Origin: an uncultured Verrucomicrobiales bacterium
GTDB taxonomy: Bacteria; Verrucomicrobiota; Verrucomicrobiia; Verrucomicrobiales; DEV007
Direction of reading: 5' to 3'
NCBI GenBank assembly: GCA_938091905.1
Contig: CALKOM010000058.1
Coordinates: forward strand, 1-46,404
DNA length: 46,404 nt
Shown: positions 38,878 to 46,404 of the stretch, one piece after another
How positions within the stretch are numbered: the first letter of the stretch is position 1
How the letters are laid out: each line of letters opens with the position of its first letter
The notes under the pieces: model-generated
Seen by the model: the letters and a program-made list of their open reading frames with translations, nothing else
Database searches by the model: none
Told to the model about the DNA's origin: nothing
Translations under genes and position numbers: made by a program

Positions 38878-40056
38878 ATGGCTACGCCTCACCTACCCAG
38901 CGCTCCTGTCAAAGCTCGTAAGGCTTTGGTGGTGAGGCCGTCGGCGGTTATCGAGGTTTCTGCGCCGAGTGTTCGGGAGGCACGTCGTCGCCGTCGACGA
39001 TGGGCCTTGTTCTGGGCAGTGCTGATCCATGCTGCCATTCTCGTCGGGGGAGCCCTTTGGCACACAAATCCTGAGTTTATAGCCCAGATAGGAACGGCCA
39101 TCTCAATGTCGACCGAGCCAGCGGTCGACAGACAGCAGGAATCGACTGAGGAGAAGCCGATTGAAGAGGTTGTTATTCAGAGCGCGTCGGGCCCGCCACC
39201 GAAGCCGACCGAAGCGTCGATTCCTGACCTGGTGCCAGTGATGGATCCCGTGGACCTTCGAATGCCAGAGCCAAGTGAAGCCAATGAATTTATCGAGATG
39301 GACATCGAGGTGGTCGATCTTGGGGTGACTTTTGGAGAAGCTTTCGAGGGTGAAGACATTGTCAATGAAGTGTTAGAAACGAAGCTCTTTAGTGCGCCAG
39401 CCAAGGGGAATTGCAGTATCTTTGTGATCGACGTTTCCACAAGCATGCCCAAGGAGTTGGGTGTTGCTGGCATCGCGGGTCTTCGGCGTGAACTCCGATT
39501 GAAGATAGATTCGTTGCCCGGCGATCGTCTCTTCAATATTATTTGCTTTGGTGATCAAGCTGATGGACTGGCTTTGGCACCGATCCGAGCGTCGCAAGAG
39601 CACAAAGCACTCGCGCATCGGTTCATGGCTGGATACTTTACTGGCCAGTTTCTCCGCACGCGCACAGGCCAATTTGGCAGGATGGGTTTGGCCAATGGCA
39701 TTCCCTACGTCCCCATACAACCTAATGAAGTTCCCTACATGAAAGGGACGAGAGGAGGCTCTCGGTATGATCTCGCACTCGTGGCAGCTTTCAAACAGCG
39801 TGCGTCGACAGTCTACCTAGTGACTGATGGCACGCCCAGCGTGATGAAGAATAGGCGATTCCTGCCGGGAGCCAGTTTGGTTGGGCGAGACGAAGTGATC
39901 CGGACGGTTGTAAGGGCTGGTCAACGTCTCTACCCGAAAGAGTTGCCCATCGTTCACTGCGTGAGTATCAATGGAATTGGAGAATCCTATCTTAAACAAA
40001 TCGCACTCGCGTTCAAAGGACGCTGCGACCGTGTCGACGTCGAACAAATACCATAA
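38878..40056 (+). CDS. Membrane-anchored VWA-domain protein
   Basis: Poly-Arg followed by a TM (WALFWAVLIHAAILVGG), acidic Pro-rich stalk, MIDAS FVIDVSTSM and YLVTDGTP. Start uncertain (38839-38878). Confidence 0.8.
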   Translation: MATPHLPSAPVKARKALVVRPSAVIEVSAPSVREARRRRRRWALFWAVLIHAAILVGGALWHTNPEFIAQIGTAISMSTEPAVDRQQESTEEKPIEEVVIQSASGPPPKPTEASIPDLVPVMDPVDLRMPEPSEANEFIEMDIEVVDLGVTFGEAFEGEDIVNEVLETKLFSAPAKGNCSIFVIDVSTSMPKELGVAGIAGLRRELRLKIDSLPGDRLFNIICFGDQADGLALAPIRASQEHKALAHRFMAGYFTGQFLRTRTGQFGRMGLANGIPYVPIQPNEVPYMKGTRGGSRYDLALVAAFKQRASTVYLVTDGTPSVMKNRRFLPGASLVGRDEVIRTVVRAGQRLYPKELPIVHCVSINGIGESYLKQIALAFKGRCDRVDVEQIP

Positions 40057-40064
40057 ATCGTAAC

Positions 40065-40250
40065 TGGTGGAGAGAGTTCTGGGCGACAACGGCCAGGACT
40101 TAAGCTAAGCTTGCTTACTGCCGGATCACTGAGCGAGACCAAGGTGTTCTTAACGGAACGAACCCATCGAACTTGCCTTGCAGGTTCCCCATGTGTCGTC
40201 CCGAGGTCTATAACTAATGTCTTACCAGGTGATCCCGGCAGGTTTCTTCC
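40065..40250 (-). ncRNA. Structured ncRNA candidate (~186 nt), most likely 6S RNA
   Basis: Stem CTGCCGGATCAC (40118-40129) / GTGATCCCGGCAG (40229-40241) encloses an AU-rich bubble and inner stems. Minus-strand segment GACGACACAU..GAACC..GUUC..GGGUU resembles E. coli 6S as recalled. TTGCCA lies ~35 nt upstream. Strand and ends are inferred. Confidence 0.6.
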
Positions 40251-40295
40251 TCGGTGTAGAGCAACGTTCGAGAGTGGATTTGGCAATTGGGACGG

Positions 40296-40318
40296 GTTTC
40301 CACGACAAGTTTGGAAAC
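40296..40318 (-). terminator. Hairpin directly after the tyrS stop
   Basis: GTTTCCA-9 nt-TGGAAAC inverted repeat; no clear U-tract. Confidence 0.35.
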
Positions 40319-40330
40319 TCATTTTACACC

Positions 40331-41497
40331 TCAACCAATTCTCACAAGACGCTTCTTGTCGAGCTTGAGAACGTCTCCAGTTTTTAGTGTTAGTGCGGCT
40401 TTGGGATCAGATTGCTTCTCGCCATTGATCTGGATACTACCTTGCTGAACAAGGCGACGAATGTCGCCGTTTGATCGTTCTTGGTGAAAGGTGTCAGCGT
40501 AAATCTGGCTGATGTAGCTGAGCATCGGGGTCTCAGCAGGTGGGCAGGGGACTTCTGGGAGTTCGGCGTCTTCTACTTTACCTTTGCCGAATTTGTTCTC
40601 GAAGTTGGCACGCGCTTCGGAAGCTGCTTCGGTATCATGATAGATCTCAACGGTGCGCTGAGCCAAGTGTTTCTTCGCCTCCATGGGATGCCTCTCGGTA
40701 TCGAAGTCTTCGCCGATGACCAAACGATAGTAACGTGGCATGAGTTGGTCAGAAATACTCATGAGTTTTCCGAACATCTCGCTGGGAGCTTCAGTGAGGC
40801 CCACGTAGTTGCCGAGGCTCTTGCTCATCTTCTTGTTCCCATCCAATCCTTCTAATAACGGAAGCGTGAGTACGACTTGAGCAGGCATTCCTTCGCCTTT
40901 CTGAAGATCTCGACCCACGAGAACATTGAAGAGTTGATCCGTTCCGCCGATCTCAACGTCTGAATTGATTACGACGGAATCCCAGCCCTGCATGATGGGA
41001 TACTGAATTTCATGCAAGCGGACTTCTTGACCTTCAGCGACGCGTTTCTTGAAGTCCTCACGTTGTAACATTTGTTGCATCGTGACTTTGGCGTTCAGCT
41101 TGATGACCTCTTGAAAAGGCATTTTTGAGAACCAATCTCCATTGTAGACGACCTCTGTCTTCTCTTTGTCGATAATGAGGAAGGCTTGATCGGTAAAGGT
41201 CTTGGCATTAGCCATGACTTCTTCATGCGTCAGCGGCGGACGGGTGACCGATCTGCCTGAGGGATCGCCAATCATCGCGGTGAAGTCGCCAATGATCAGG
41301 ACAACTTGGTGTCCAAGATCCTGAAATTGCCGGAGCTTGCGAAGCGGTACGGCGTGGCCTAGATGAATGTCAGGTGCCGTGGGATCGACGCCAAGTTTGA
41401 TCCTTAGTGGGCGGCCTAACTTAAGTTTCTCAGCCAATTCTTCCCGGCTATGGACATGTTCTGTATCCTGGCAAAGTTGCGTAATCTGGTCGCTCAT
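40331..41497 (-). CDS. tyrS: Tyrosine--tRNA ligase
   Basis: GVDPTAPDIHLGH, MQGWD, GGTDQLFN, KMSKS, and a C-terminal S4 domain. Confidence 0.99.
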   Translation of the reverse strand: MSDQITQLCQDTEHVHSREELAEKLKLGRPLRIKLGVDPTAPDIHLGHAVPLRKLRQFQDLGHQVVLIIGDFTAMIGDPSGRSVTRPPLTHEEVMANAKTFTDQAFLIIDKEKTEVVYNGDWFSKMPFQEVIKLNAKVTMQQMLQREDFKKRVAEGQEVRLHEIQYPIMQGWDSVVINSDVEIGGTDQLFNVLVGRDLQKGEGMPAQVVLTLPLLEGLDGNKKMSKSLGNYVGLTEAPSEMFGKLMSISDQLMPRYYRLVIGEDFDTERHPMEAKKHLAQRTVEIYHDTEAASEARANFENKFGKGKVEDAELPEVPCPPAETPMLSYISQIYADTFHQERSNGDIRRLVQQGSIQINGEKQSDPKAALTLKTGDVLKLDKKRLVRIG

Positions 41498-41515
41498 GAA
41501 AAAAATGAAATTTAG

Positions 41516-42118
41516 CTATCGGGTGTTGAGAAGAGCGCGGAGCTGGCTGCGATTGAGCTTCTTGCTCTGGTTATCATCGTTCATCGGTTCGAACTTTCGA
41601 TAGAATTCCTTGCCCTCATACTGGCTCCGGTCGCCTTTCCAATCCTTCCCGCCATCAGCGAGGCGGGCGCCTTCGCGAGCGACTTGATTCTCGCGGTCAC
41701 GTGTGGACTTCTTGGTGAAGGCCCGTTTAAACCAGGAGCCGTCTTCCTTTCCTTGGTAAGGCGATGCTAGATCCCCTTCACGGGCTTCGGTCTTGTTGTA
41801 GACCTTGTTTGCCATGGACTTGTTGTCATGAAGCTTGAAATAAGGGTGCTCCTTAAAAGCGTCTTTCTTGAATGCGTCTTTGCTCTCGTAGCGGCTGCGT
41901 AGAGTTGCCTCCTTCCCTTCGAATTTCTTGCCATCGAAAGAGCTCTTCTTTTCAGGATCATACGAAGCAAAGGTCTTCATGGCCTTGGCTTCTGCTGATT
42001 CTTGAAACGAACTCTCCTTCGGTTCAAACTCTGCGAACTCGTCCTCGATCGAGGTGGACTGGCAGGATACCAGAACAGGGAGTATTAAAAGTGAGGCTAG
42101 AAAGCGCATGGATGACAT
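41516..42118 (-). CDS. Hypothetical charged, low-complexity lipoprotein
   Basis: MRFLASLLILPVLVSC lipobox; Lys/Glu-rich body. Start is 42118 or 42109. Confidence 0.75.
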   Translation of the reverse strand: MSSMRFLASLLILPVLVSCQSTSIEDEFAEFEPKESSFQESAEAKAMKTFASYDPEKKSSFDGKKFEGKEATLRSRYESKDAFKKDAFKEHPYFKLHDNKSMANKVYNKTEAREGDLASPYQGKEDGSWFKRAFTKKSTRDRENQVAREGARLADGGKDWKGDRSQYEGKEFYRKFEPMNDDNQSKKLNRSQLRALLNTR

Positions 42119-42189
42119 TAGCAAGAATCGCGTCGCGACCAAACGTTGATTTACGCTGCGGTTCAACTCCAAACCGACCCATTGTGCAA

Positions 42190-42585
42190 TCACGGACTCT
42201 GGAGAGCGCGGCAGCAGAAGCTGTATCCCAGCCAGACGAGGAGGATACCCAGGAAGACGCTGAGACTGACATAGAGAAGGACCTCAAAGATCTTTCCTTC
42301 GTCTAGTAGCCTCCAGGTCTCAAAGCCGAAAGTAGAGAAGGTCGTGAACGAACCGAGGATGCCGGTAAAGAGAAACAGATTTGTTGTGGGATTAAAGACG
42401 TGAAGACAATCAGCGATACCCTTGAGAGAGCCAATTATCAAACAGCCTAGCAGATTCACTAAAAGTGTGGATAGAGGGATCGGACAGTCTTGAAAGACAG
42501 ACACCCGAGGGACCCAAACAATCATTCCATAGCGCATGATTGCACCGAGAAATCCCCCGCAGCCGACGGCTAGAAGCTTGTCCAT
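42190..42585 (-). CDS. crcB: Fluoride efflux channel CrcB/FluC
   Basis: GGFLGAIMRY, TLLVNLLGC and TGILGSFTTFSTF; four TM segments. Confidence 0.97.
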   Translation of the reverse strand: MDKLLAVGCGGFLGAIMRYGMIVWVPRVSVFQDCPIPLSTLLVNLLGCLIIGSLKGIADCLHVFNPTTNLFLFTGILGSFTTFSTFGFETWRLLDEGKIFEVLLYVSLSVFLGILLVWLGYSFCCRALQSP

Positions 42586-42680
42586 AGGTGAAAGGGGAAG
42601 GCCATTGTCGGATGCGCTGACTACTTAGAATGTCCGTTTCTCCCAAGGAGTCTGGAACATAGGTAAAGAATCAATGAATC

Positions 42681-45236
42681 TCAACGTTGTTCTTCGAACT
42701 TTGATCGTTGCTTTTTTAGAAGGTCCTTGAGGAGGGCCTTCGGATCTAGCCCTTTTATCTGATCTGGGTCAATTTGGACATTTCGATCAGGCGTGCCCAA
42801 CGTGTCGATCACGCCTTGATTTACCTTCGTGGAATCGATCTGATTCACCATAGTCCACCTTGGTTTTTCCAGTGTTCCAGTGCACTGATAGGTCCCAAAG
42901 ATACCATATAAGACGTTCCGAGCATTCCCCGAGTCGGAATGGTTGGAAAGAGAGACGGTCATATCAACAGCCGAGGTTGGAAGTTCTACCGTGCCGTTGC
43001 CCTTGATCGTATAGTTTCCGAGATCGGCGACAAACGGCTCAAGAGAGAGATTCGAAGACTGGAGACTGAATTGGCCCCCTAGGTCGCGGATGACACCATG
43101 AGAGAGCTTGGTCTCTCCACCGACGCGATCTAGAAGTCTGGAAACCGGACCAAGCAGCGGCACCTCTAGTAACTTTATATCCATCAGGTGGACCTCACCC
43201 GTCCCGTCCACTGAAGCTAAATCTGGTCCACGTCCTCGCCAGGCAAAGTCACCGGTGAGTTGGCCATCGGCTTTGTCATCCGAGAAATAAATTGAAGCGA
43301 GTTCCTTAAACTGAAGTTCTGTTAGCTTGATCTTTGCTGTGTAGTTGCGGGAATCGTCGAGATTACGGATATCAGCATTCCCCGCGAGATGGCCGCCGAA
43401 CAAGCCAGCATGATCTAACCTAACAAGCAAACTATCCTTCAGAAAGCGAAGTCCAAATCTTGGCTGCGCCAAGGATATATCCTCTTCAAATAAAGTGGTC
43501 TTCAGGATTCCGGAGGATTTCACTTCAACCTCAAGATTTGTTTGGGCACCGTTCTGAGGATCGATGGTGCCTTGAGAGATTCGTATTTCCGGCGCTTGAC
43601 TAAAGCGATAGGCATCTAACCTTTCTGCGGTGTCCTTGCTAAAGCAGCGTACGACTTGACCGGGGTCAACCTTGCCGTGTACTCCGGTGAGGACGGATAG
43701 GCTATCTCGCGCGTTGACACTTAGTCGCTCTGCTCGGACAGTACCCCCTGAATAATGTCTTTCAGTGTCGGACTTTAGTTGGGCTTCTACCTTGGAGAAG
43801 TGATAGACATGAGGGTTGAGTATGAAATTAAATTGGAGCTTCTCAAGCTCAGCTGTTTCAAATCGGCATTCGGTGAGCGTAGCATTTCCCTTGTGCTCCC
43901 ATGAGGCGCTGTCTTGGGCTTTACGTTCGCCGGATAGTTTCATCTCGACACCCGAACTGGGGCGAAACTCCCAGCGCTTCAAAAACGTGGTGGCCGCTTC
44001 TGGAAGGGGCAATTGCTGAAGGAGCGTCGGATCCATTCCGAGAGAGAACTCATAGCGGATGCCTTCTGTCGGGGTCCGCATGATCTTACCAATCGAATTG
44101 CCGTATTGATGGTCGATTCGAATATCCTTAGCAAGGAAACGTGCGCCATCCAAGTGAAAGTCGGCCTGCAGAAGTTTGAAGGACTCGTTCCCAACCTGAA
44201 AGTCTTCAGCGGTCACATGCCCAATGAAATTGGCTGGCGGGGCTGACCACTTGAAGGGTTGGTCCAAATCAAGCGTGCCGTGCAATGAGATTATGGGCGA
44301 GTTGTGCAACGTTAGTGATGACCCAAGCCCAATGGTAGGATCCATGCTAGGTAGCAATTTGCCAAAACCTATACTAGACCTGAGCGATAGCGTAGCCTCG
44401 CGTTTGCCTTTCAGTGGGACGTCTCCTATTAGGTCGAACCTTCCGCCTTGGGCGTCCGAGATGGTGAGTTTGGATAGGGAGAACAGTTGATCTGTGATGG
44501 CAGCCTGGACGCTCACATCGGTGAGCTCAAGTTCGCCATACTGTATATTCTTACCGACTAGCTGCGCCTTGATTGCCAACGTCTCAGGTTTCGCCAGATC
44601 ACCCGATACGGCCATGTTCAAGACCGGTTCCCGGCCTTGTTGGCTGCGTAATGGGGCGAGATGTTCGACCAAGTTTTCTAGAAAAGGTCTGGCTGTAAGA
44701 ACCTTCTCAGTCTCCCATGAAACGGTCTCGCCACTGCCTTCCTTCGGGCGCTGAAGATCTCCAGTTAGGTTCAGACGCAGGCCGTAGAAATCGGCTTCAG
44801 CGTTGACGATCTCGATTGCCCCGTCAGGAAGAATCACCGTGGCCTGGAGATTTTTAAACTCAACACGTTGGCTGTTGGGATCCTTGCGATCATACGGCAG
44901 ATAAACGTTGGCCGAGTCGAGTTCAATGCGTTGAAGAAAGCGCTTGCTTTGAATGAGCTTTGCGAGGTCGACGTCAAGACGAGCTTGCGAGACGCGAGCG
45001 ATCTCTTGCTTGGTGTCGCCCTCTAGCAAGACGACTTTATTGGCAACGAGGCCCTGAAACGGGTCGATGGTTAGCGTATCAAAGCTAATGTTGAGATCGT
45101 GCTTCGCAAACTCTTTGACAATCAATTTACGCCACTTTTTGGTGAAGCCCTCCTGATACGCGTAAATGCCTAACCAAATCAGTGCCCCAAAGGCGAGGAG
45201 ACCGAGGAGCGGGGCATAGCGACGAGGAGATTTCAT
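42681..45236 (-). CDS. AsmA-like protein
   Basis: Single N-terminal TM and long beta-rich body; C-terminal LFGGHLAG, GTGEVHL...LLEVPLLGPVS, CTGTLEKPRW pattern. Confidence 0.8.
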   Translation of the reverse strand: MKSPRRYAPLLGLLAFGALIWLGIYAYQEGFTKKWRKLIVKEFAKHDLNISFDTLTIDPFQGLVANKVVLLEGDTKQEIARVSQARLDVDLAKLIQSKRFLQRIELDSANVYLPYDRKDPNSQRVEFKNLQATVILPDGAIEIVNAEADFYGLRLNLTGDLQRPKEGSGETVSWETEKVLTARPFLENLVEHLAPLRSQQGREPVLNMAVSGDLAKPETLAIKAQLVGKNIQYGELELTDVSVQAAITDQLFSLSKLTISDAQGGRFDLIGDVPLKGKREATLSLRSSIGFGKLLPSMDPTIGLGSSLTLHNSPIISLHGTLDLDQPFKWSAPPANFIGHVTAEDFQVGNESFKLLQADFHLDGARFLAKDIRIDHQYGNSIGKIMRTPTEGIRYEFSLGMDPTLLQQLPLPEAATTFLKRWEFRPSSGVEMKLSGERKAQDSASWEHKGNATLTECRFETAELEKLQFNFILNPHVYHFSKVEAQLKSDTERHYSGGTVRAERLSVNARDSLSVLTGVHGKVDPGQVVRCFSKDTAERLDAYRFSQAPEIRISQGTIDPQNGAQTNLEVEVKSSGILKTTLFEEDISLAQPRFGLRFLKDSLLVRLDHAGLFGGHLAGNADIRNLDDSRNYTAKIKLTELQFKELASIYFSDDKADGQLTGDFAWRGRGPDLASVDGTGEVHLMDIKLLEVPLLGPVSRLLDRVGGETKLSHGVIRDLGGQFSLQSSNLSLEPFVADLGNYTIKGNGTVELPTSAVDMTVSLSNHSDSGNARNVLYGIFGTYQCTGTLEKPRWTMVNQIDSTKVNQGVIDTLGTPDRNVQIDPDQIKGLDPKALLKDLLKKQRSKFEEQR

Positions 45237-45289
45237 GAAATGGCAGCTCCTTGAACAATCCGCTTTCTAACCTAAAATGCAAACAAGGG

Positions 45290-45620
45290 CTAACGGTAAT
45301 GCATCACCTTGGACAGAAATCATCGGGCGTCTGGCGCGGATGGCGGGTCAAAGATAGCCTCATCCGCGGCATACTCGAGTAGCTCGCCATCGATCAGAAA
45401 GAGGACCTTGTCCGCCACTGAGTGAGCAAAGCCCTCCTCATGAGGCGATAGAATCATCTTTTGACCTGGCTAGCGACTCTGTTTGATGACCTCGAGTAGC
45501 TCGTCGGTCATTACCGGATCCAGAGTGGAGTTTGGCTCGCTTCAAATGAGGAACTGGGGCTTCTGGGCGTGTTTCTCCAGGTTGAATCGCTTAGAACAGA
45601 CTCTGTGTCACTGCCGTGCA
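45290..45620 (-). pseudogene. Polar amino-acid ABC ATP-binding protein remnant (GlnQ-like C-terminal part)
   Basis: Translates as EPNSTLDPVMTDELLEVIKQSR*PGQKMILSPHEEGFAHSVADKVLFLIDGELLE...R*FLSKVMHYR*, matching DEPTSALDP / THEMGFA..VAD. In-frame stops; the LSGG signature region is missing. Confidence 0.85.
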
Positions 45621-45697
45621 TCGACGAATCATCTGCAGGTGAACCGCTCACGCGCTGAGGATCTGCAACACGGTGCGCCGGGTAGAGTGATCCCTGT

Positions 45698-46404
45698 CTA
45701 GGAGTCTGTCGGACTTTACAAAGCTAAGGAAGATGTTAGTAATGGGGCATGAGCGCCCGCTTCGTTGATGTCGACCGTGAAACACCAATGCTCCTGCCAC
45801 CCGATCTTTGTGACTGGGTTTCAGAAGACGATCTCGTTCACTTCATCCTCGAAGCCGTCCAGTGGCTCCCGATCGAAGGCTTCCAAGTCAATCATCGCGG
45901 TTCTCGCAACCGACAGTTCCCCCCACACATGATGCTCGCGTTGCTAATCTACTGCTATGCCAACCGCCTCTTCTCTTCCCGTAAGATCGAACAGGCCACC
46001 CATCGCGACATCGCCGTACGCTTTCTCACCGGCAATACCCACCCAGATCACGACACCGTCTGCAAATTTCGCCGCGAGAACTTCGACGCCTTCAACAACG
46101 CCTTTATCAATGTGCTCGAACTCGCCCAAGAACTCAAACTCCTCAAGCTCGGGGACGTCGCCATCGACGGCACCCACATCAAAGCCAACGCCTCCATCGA
46201 CCAAAATGTCACCTACGAACGTGCCCTAGAGATTCGCGACCAACTCCAACTAGACGTCGCCGAACTGCTAGAACAAGCCGAAACCGCAGACAAGAACGAC
46301 GAAGACCATCAGAAACTTCCTAAAGAAATCGAGCGCCGTGAAGAGCTCATTTCCAAGATGGATCAAGCCGTCGAGGAGTTAAAGCAACGCGCCACCGTGC
46401 GCGA
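45698..46404 (+). mobile_element. IS1182-family insertion sequence, left part (continues beyond the window)
   Basis: CTAG followed by the terminal-repeat-like GAGTCTGTCGGACTT about 47 bp upstream of the transposase ATG. The right end is not visible. Confidence 0.85.
45749..46404 (+). CDS. IS1182-family transposase (partial; absent from the ORF track because it has no stop in the window)
   Basis: MSARFVDVDRETPMLLPPDL..W...DDLVHF...PPHMMLALLIYCYAN..FSSRKIE...HPDHDTVCKFRREN...VAIDGTHIKANAS (DUF772-type N-terminus plus first DDE Asp). Confidence 0.95.
   Translation, partial: MSARFVDVDRETPMLLPPDLCDWVSEDDLVHFILEAVQWLPIEGFQVNHRGSRNRQFPPHMMLALLIYCYANRLFSSRKIEQATHRDIAVRFLTGNTHPDHDTVCKFRRENFDAFNNAFINVLELAQELKLLKLGDVAIDGTHIKANASIDQNVTYERALEIRDQLQLDVAELLEQAETADKNDEDHQKLPKEIERREELISKMDQAVEELKQRATVR

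Noticed and set aside
40065..40250. tRNA, tRNA-Sec, tmRNA or SRP identity for the structured RNA
   Set aside because: No GTTCRA T-loop at the expected distance from CCA, no anticodon cloverleaf, too short for tmRNA with no tag frame seen, and no SRP GGAA-loop/AGCAG motif.
42586..42680. Fluoride riboswitch upstream of crcB
   Set aside because: Only a faint AATGGCCTTC resemblance; the GG(C/A)GATG..P1 and GCTGATG core with pseudoknot pairing is not recognisable. A cmsearch with RF01734 would settle it.
45944..46229. Two short ORFs listed at the right end
   Set aside because: Alternative-frame and antisense shadows of the IS1182 transposase.

Overview
Chromosomal window from a Verrucomicrobiota-type bacterium (inferred from a TIGR02597-family gene, a PEP-CTERM gene and the protein types present). 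Housekeeping and envelope genes: secA, metX, purU, typA, uup-like ABC-F, tyrS, crcB, an AsmA-like protein, an amidase, a tripartite RND pump, a ~1,980-aa alpha-2-macroglobulin and two Tat-exported Gfo/Idh/MocA oxidoreductases. Elements the ORF track misses or splits: (1) a ~186-nt structured RNA candidate ending in CCA downstream of tyrS, most likely 6S RNA; (2) one ~4.76-kb FHA/Pro-rich/TM/TPR/DUF3857/transglutaminase-like gene broken by five frameshifts, with a Cys-to-Ser catalytic change and a 16/19 Fur-like box upstream; (3) REP-like palindromes flanking a probable orphan antitoxin whose toxin is cut to a stub; (4) a degenerate CAEE thioester site in the macroglobulin; (5) an amino-acid ABC ATPase pseudogene next to an IS1182-family element running off the right edge. 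All family assignments come from motif recognition by eye; no database searches were run. No complete new system can be demonstrated from sequence alone.
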